From Octopus sinensis (Eukaryota): a stretch of DNA of 13,910 bases. Below are positions 9,345 to 13,910 of the stretch, piece after piece. The translations under genes were made by a program, and so were the position numbers. Positions within the stretch are counted from its first letter, which is position 1, and the number at the start of each line of letters is the position of its first letter. Where the stretch lies: assembly GCF_006345805.1 (NCBI RefSeq), contig NW_021826019.1, positions 1-13,910 of the forward strand, written 5' to 3'. Below the pieces are notes generated by a model. It was given only the letters and a program-made list of their open reading frames with translations. It had not been told where the DNA came from and made no database searches.

Positions 9345-9632
9345 GTTTTTTTTCTTCTTTTTTTTCTTTTCTTTTCTTTTCACTTTCATTCAAATCATTT
9401 CTTTCCATTTTTACTCAGTTAATGGTTTTCGAAAGCTGAAAGAATGAATAAAAGAAAAAACTTAAAAAAAAAAAGCTAAAAAAAATAAAAAATAAAATAA
9501 TCAGAAATGGAAAATAGGAAAAAAACAAAAAAAAACAGAAAAAAAAATGAAAGCTAACAACGTAGGAAACAAAAACAGACAAATAAAAACATTAAAATAT
9601 GTAACAAAATAAATAAATAAATAAATAAATAT
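9345..9632. repeat. T-rich then A-rich low-complexity tracts
   Basis: T-rich ~9345-9410, A-rich ~9445-9632, ending in (AAAT)n. Confidence 0.8.
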
Positions 9633-9707
9633 ATTAAAAGTCTTTGGTACATGAACAACCATTTGTAAATCTTCAGACCTTTACAAAGACCATTATCAAA
9701 TCCTACA

Positions 9708-9768
9708 GTTGTTGATGTTGTTGTTGTTATCACCATCATCATCGTCGTCATCGTCGTTATTATTATTA

Positions 9769-9829
<61 letters not shown>

Positions 9830-9847
9830 TATTATTATTATTTTTAC

Positions 9848-9892
<45 letters not shown>

Positions 9893-9911
9893 AGAAATCA
9901 TCACCATCATC

Positions 9912-9943
<32 letters not shown>

Positions 9944-9959
9944 CATCATCATCGTCATC

Positions 9960-9991
<32 letters not shown>

Positions 9992-10002
9992 CATCACCAT
10001 CG

Positions 10003-10040
<38 letters not shown>

Positions 10041-10105
10041 GTCATCATATCATCATCATCATCATCATCAATCATCATCCCATCATCATCGTCATATCAC
10101 CATCG

Positions 10106-10149
<44 letters not shown>

Positions 10150-10427
10150 GTCATCATCATCATCATCATCACCACCAACCGCCCCCACAATTATTATGGT
10201 CATCGTCGTCGTCATCATCTACATTGTCCTAAAAAACGTCATCATCATCATCGTCGTCATCGTCATCATCATCATTGTCGTTGTTGTCGTCGTCGTTGTC
10301 ATCATCATCATCCTAATCATCATAATCGTTATCGTTGATGTCGTCGTCGTTTTCATCTTCAACGTCATCGTCACCATCGTCATTGCCACCACCACCACCA
10401 CCACCACCATCAAAGAGAACATAAAAT

Positions 10428-10475
<48 letters not shown>

Positions 10476-10502
10476 TTACTACTACTATTACTACTACTAC
10501 TG
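9708..10502. repeat. Compound trinucleotide array (GTT)n-(CAT)n-(TAT)n-(CAT/CGT)n-(CAC)n-(TAC)n
   Basis: Direct inspection; produces the homopolymeric L/S/H/I/M/T ORFs. Confidence 0.95.
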
Positions 10503-10734
10503 TCACTTCATTTATTTACGCCAATAATGTGTGAAAAAATTTCTTTTCTTTATTAAAAAATATGAACAAATAAGTGCAAACGGCATTATGGGAAGGTTGG
10601 CGGTATAACGTGAGGGGAGAGACCCCACGCCCACCCCTCAACACACCCTTTTCTTAACCTCTCCTTCTTAACAATTCAAATTCTGCTGAATACTTGCTTC
10701 AATTATTCTTTGCCTAAGATTATATATTTGGTAC

Positions 10735-10867
10735 CCATACATACATACATACATACATACATACATACATACATACATACATACATACATACATACATAC
10801 GTACGTACATACATACATACACACACACACATACATACATACATACATACATACATACATACATACA

Positions 10868-10899
<32 letters not shown>

Positions 10900-10915
10900 C
10901 ACACACTCATACATA
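10735..10915. repeat. (CATA)n microsatellite
   Basis: Direct inspection. Confidence 0.95.
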
Positions 10916-11129
10916 AAACATATACACACTCTCACACGCATATGTGAACGTATTGATGCATGGATACATCTATGTATACATAAAGATATATGTATATGTG
11001 TATATATATATATACGCCTACATTAATATATAGATGAGTAAGTGTATATAGGTGTGTATGTTATCTCAATTTTAGATGAAGATAGTCAAGAAAATCAATT
11101 AGTGTACACTTATGTACGAATGTATACGT

Positions 11130-11136
11130 GTGTATG

Positions 11137-11167
<31 letters not shown>

Positions 11168-11638
11168 GTATGTATGTATGTATGTATGTATGCATGCATG
11201 CATGCATGTTGTATGTATGTATGTATGTACGTACGTATGTATGTATGTATGTATGTATGACTATGTTTATGTATTATACACATACACACACATATATATA
11301 TGCATACATATGAATATATTTACATACATGTATGTGTATATCTATATGTAAATATATATATGTACGTCTATATAGATGCTCACTCACATATATTCATATA
11401 AACATACCTGCACACATGTACATGCCTGTTTCTCTGCTTTTCTCTCGTTACTCTCTCTCTGTCCTGCCTGTATACATACATGCATACATACACACACATA
11501 TATACATGTACATATCTATATATACATGTATATATAGATATATACATGTTCATATCTATATATACATGTATATATATATATATGAATATATATATATGTA
11601 TATGTATATGTATATGTATATATATGTATATATATATG

Positions 11639-11690
<52 letters not shown>
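11130..11690. repeat. (TATG)n followed by degenerate and pure (TA)n
   Basis: (TATG)n at ~11132-11260; pure (TA)n at ~11642-11690. Confidence 0.9.
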
Positions 11691-11694
<4 letters not shown>

Positions 11695-12681
11695 GTTCAA
11701 GAGAGTGCTCCATGAATAATGCAGAACCATAATAACAATTATAATCTAATAAATATCTAAGGATATTCACGAAAAATACATTTGGAAGTACGAATATCGA
11801 TATTAAAATATGTGGTAAGTCCAAGAATAGAAGTGATGGTATTACATTTATTGTTTCATTACGATCGTTTCAACACGTGGTTCAGTTAGAACATAAATTT
11901 AACTGATTTTGAAATATTACAGGATGTTGATTGAGGAAACCGCTCGGATTGTAATACCCTTTAACCTGCTATTAAAATGTATATCAATGTCTTCTCGGGA
12001 TTATGTGTTTCTTAACACGTTCCATCGTCGTCAGCGATAAACAATGACCCGTGGTTCAATTGATTTTCGAATTTTCGCTGCTAAGCGAAAAAGAAAACGT
12101 TTATGTGTGCAAAAAATTTTTTATGACAGATATACGTTCCATAAATATGGACTGTTATGTACGGTTAGGCTGTTTGATATATGAAAAAGAAAACTTGAAC
12201 GGTTCATAAATAGAGTCACTGTATTATGAGAAAAATGCTACGCTCTCTAAATCCTTTGGGTACGAGAAGAACATTGATATTTCATTTGATTGTCATATTT
12301 GTATTTTCTGAGGGTATATTTAGTCATGTATTATATGTATGACATTCTTTTCTTACACATATGCCCACGTACACATCCATATATATTTTTTTATTTTTAG
12401 ATATAAGTGATGTACTCAAGTGTAGTTATGTTTTTAGCTTGTGCTTTTTCCATGATCACACGTGAGTATTTTATTTATATCCCATCGAAAGCTCTACTGA
12501 AGAAAGAATATATCTTTTATAAGATTAATTCCGAAATTGATTCAATATAGAGATAACGAAATTTAAATTTTCTAAAGGTTAGTTGCCCGTTTTCAGTTTC
12601 AATTTTCCTGTAACAAGTGGATTATAAGTGGATAAATCAGTGTATTGGCTTTAGAATAACCCTCTTTAGCCCTTAATTATA

Positions 12682-12686
<5 letters not shown>

Positions 12687-12719
<33 letters not shown>
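12687..12719. repeat. (TA)n microsatellite
   Basis: Pure TA run. Confidence 0.95.
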
Positions 12720-12722
<3 letters not shown>

Positions 12723-12890
12723 ATAAAGATTTTAGAAATTTTTACCACCAGTGGCCTAACGTGTAGAAAAATTAGTCAATAGAATATATATTATTCATAT
12801 AAAATACAGTGTACATTTAAACACATAAACGGCATCCGTCATAGGATTCCTTTCATGCAAGAAGGATCAGCTAAAGTCCAAACCACTAAT

Positions 12891-13077
12891 TATGTTTGTC
12901 ACATATTTCAACTGCTAAAATGCAAATACATGCAGCTACCGCCGGGAAAAAAATCTCTCTTATGGTGACACCGAACGAACTGGGTGTTTTTACACCTTTT
13001 TACCATAAGAGAGAAGATTTTCTCGACGGTAACTGCATGTATTTGCGTTTTAGCAGTTGAAATATGTGACAAACATA
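12891..13077. repeat. Fold-back inverted repeat (78-bp arms, 31-bp spacer), possibly a MITE
   Basis: 12891-12968 vs the reverse complement of 13000-13077: 70/78 identical by manual alignment, no gaps. Begins and ends with TA. Confidence 0.9.
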
Positions 13078-13183
13078 TTTCAACTACAGTTCTATATTTA
13101 AAAGATGAGGAATTATGTACATTATTTACATTATTTACATCATTTACATTCGACGGATATTTGTCCTCATCTTGTTTGTTGTT

Positions 13184-13230
13184 AATTCAACATTTCGGTT
13201 GATATACCCTCAAGCCTTCATCAGGTGTCC
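13184..13230 (-). ncRNA. Degenerate hammerhead ribozyme motif (second copy)
   Basis: Minus strand ggacacCTGATGAaggcttgagggtatatcaaccGAAAtgttgaatt. The core is intact, but the ACGT palindrome (ATGT here) and the stem I 3' strand are mutated. Confidence 0.5.
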
Positions 13231-13361
13231 TAAGCAGATCGAGGGCAGATATGAGCAGCATATGAGAACCGGTATGAAGGAAGGATAGAAAAATATTAGA
13301 TTTAAAAGCCCTAAAATTCACTCCATAACTGCCCACAGGCATATCGCGTAGTGGTTAAGAG

Positions 13362-13400
13362 AAACAACAACAACAACAACAATAATAATAATAATAATAA
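13362..13400. repeat. (AAC)n(AAT)n microsatellite inside the Penelope-like insertion
   Basis: Direct inspection. Confidence 0.9.
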
Positions 13401-13420
13401 CACTTTAGGAAATTTCTCCA

Positions 13421-13467
13421 AGATACCTGATGAAAGCTGGAGAGTATATCAGCCGAAACGTTGTGTT
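13421..13467 (+). ncRNA. Minimal type I hammerhead ribozyme motif
   Basis: Stem I gatac (13422-13426)/gtgtt (13463-13467) with two G:U pairs; CTGATGA at 13427-13433; stem II gctg/cagc; GAAA at 13455-13458; palindromic ACGT as stem III; putative cleavage triplet GUU. Confidence 0.65.
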
Positions 13468-13777
13468 AACAACAAACAAGATGAGGACAAATATCCGTAG
13501 TATGTAAATAACGTATATTTCAACTAGCCTAAATTCTGCTCAAACCCAAAGACTGTTTCGCGCTAACGATTCATTGTTTACCTCGATCGGGCGATCCACG
13601 AGCGCAAGTGTTGACTGAATTATATATAAAGCTACGACTTTATTAAGTTCATTCAGAGTTGCTGCTCTTAGGTACATCTCATTGACAAGTGTCAAAAACT
13701 CGAAAGATCAATGTGTGAGATTCCATACAAGCACACACGCACACACATACTCAGGTATATGTTTTGTATCTTTCAAC

Positions 13778-13910
13778 TTTTACCTGTTTCAGTCATTAGA
13801 CTGCGACCATGCTGAGGCCCCGTCTTGAATAATTTCTAGTTGAATAAATAGACCCTTGATTTTGTTCCACCAGAACTTTTTGCCGAAGCTCTAAGTTACG
13901 GGGGCGTAAC
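13778..13910 (-). mobile_element. 3' part of a diverged SINE, same family as 4919-5720, cut by the window edge
   Basis: tgtttcagtcattagactgcgaccatgctg and tttttgccgaagctctaagttacgggggcgtaac are reverse complements of 5670-5700 and 5560-5595, with mismatches. Confidence 0.8.

Larger units (their letters stand above)
13087..13514. mobile_element. Penelope-like element fragment: inverted terminal-repeat arrangement with hammerhead motifs and 12-bp TSD
   Basis: 13135-13232 (minus) and 13418-13513 (plus) are inverted copies of gacacctgatgaaggctggagggtatatcagccgaaacgttgtgttaacaacaaacaagatgaggacaaatatccgt. The insertion is flanked by atatttcaacta at 13075-13086 and 13515-13526. No RT/GIY-YIG ORF is present, so the class is inferred from the hammerhead and the inverted arrangement. 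Confidence 0.75.

Noticed and set aside
9554-10534. Long ORFs up to 209 aa of poly-L/S/H/I/M/T
   Set aside because: Trinucleotide-repeat artefacts, open on both strands with no complex sequence.
10735-11260. (CATA)n facing (TATG)n as a designed hairpin
   Set aside because: Both orientations of this microsatellite are abundant throughout the window, so the juxtaposition is unremarkable.
11691-11821. Possible exon between ttcag and a ggtaagt donor-like site
   Set aside because: AT-rich with stop codons; splice-like words are expected by chance.
11850-12330. Complex AT-rich stretch as a DNA transposon remnant
   Set aside because: I found no TIRs, TSD or transposase motif by eye; left unannotated pending a repeat-library search.

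Overview
AT-rich eukaryotic non-genic DNA, almost entirely microsatellites and nested retroelement fragments. I see no intact host gene, and most ORFs in the track are translations of simple repeats. The SINE families look like those I recall from octopus genomes (inference; not searched). Main content: (1) a frameshifted 3' fragment of a restriction-like-endonuclease non-LTR retrotransposon (R4/Dong-like, minus strand, ~1408-2790), split by a tRNA-SINE; (2) several tRNA-derived SINE families; (3) a Tx1/L1-like LINE 3' end inserted into a SINE tRNA head with a perfect 16-bp TSD; (4) a 28-bp minisatellite split by two TSD-flanked insertions (an RTE LINE 3' end and a composite SINE); (5) an ~800-bp compound trinucleotide tract; (6) a 187-bp fold-back palindrome abutting a TSD-flanked Penelope-like insertion whose inverted arms each carry a minimal hammerhead ribozyme motif.
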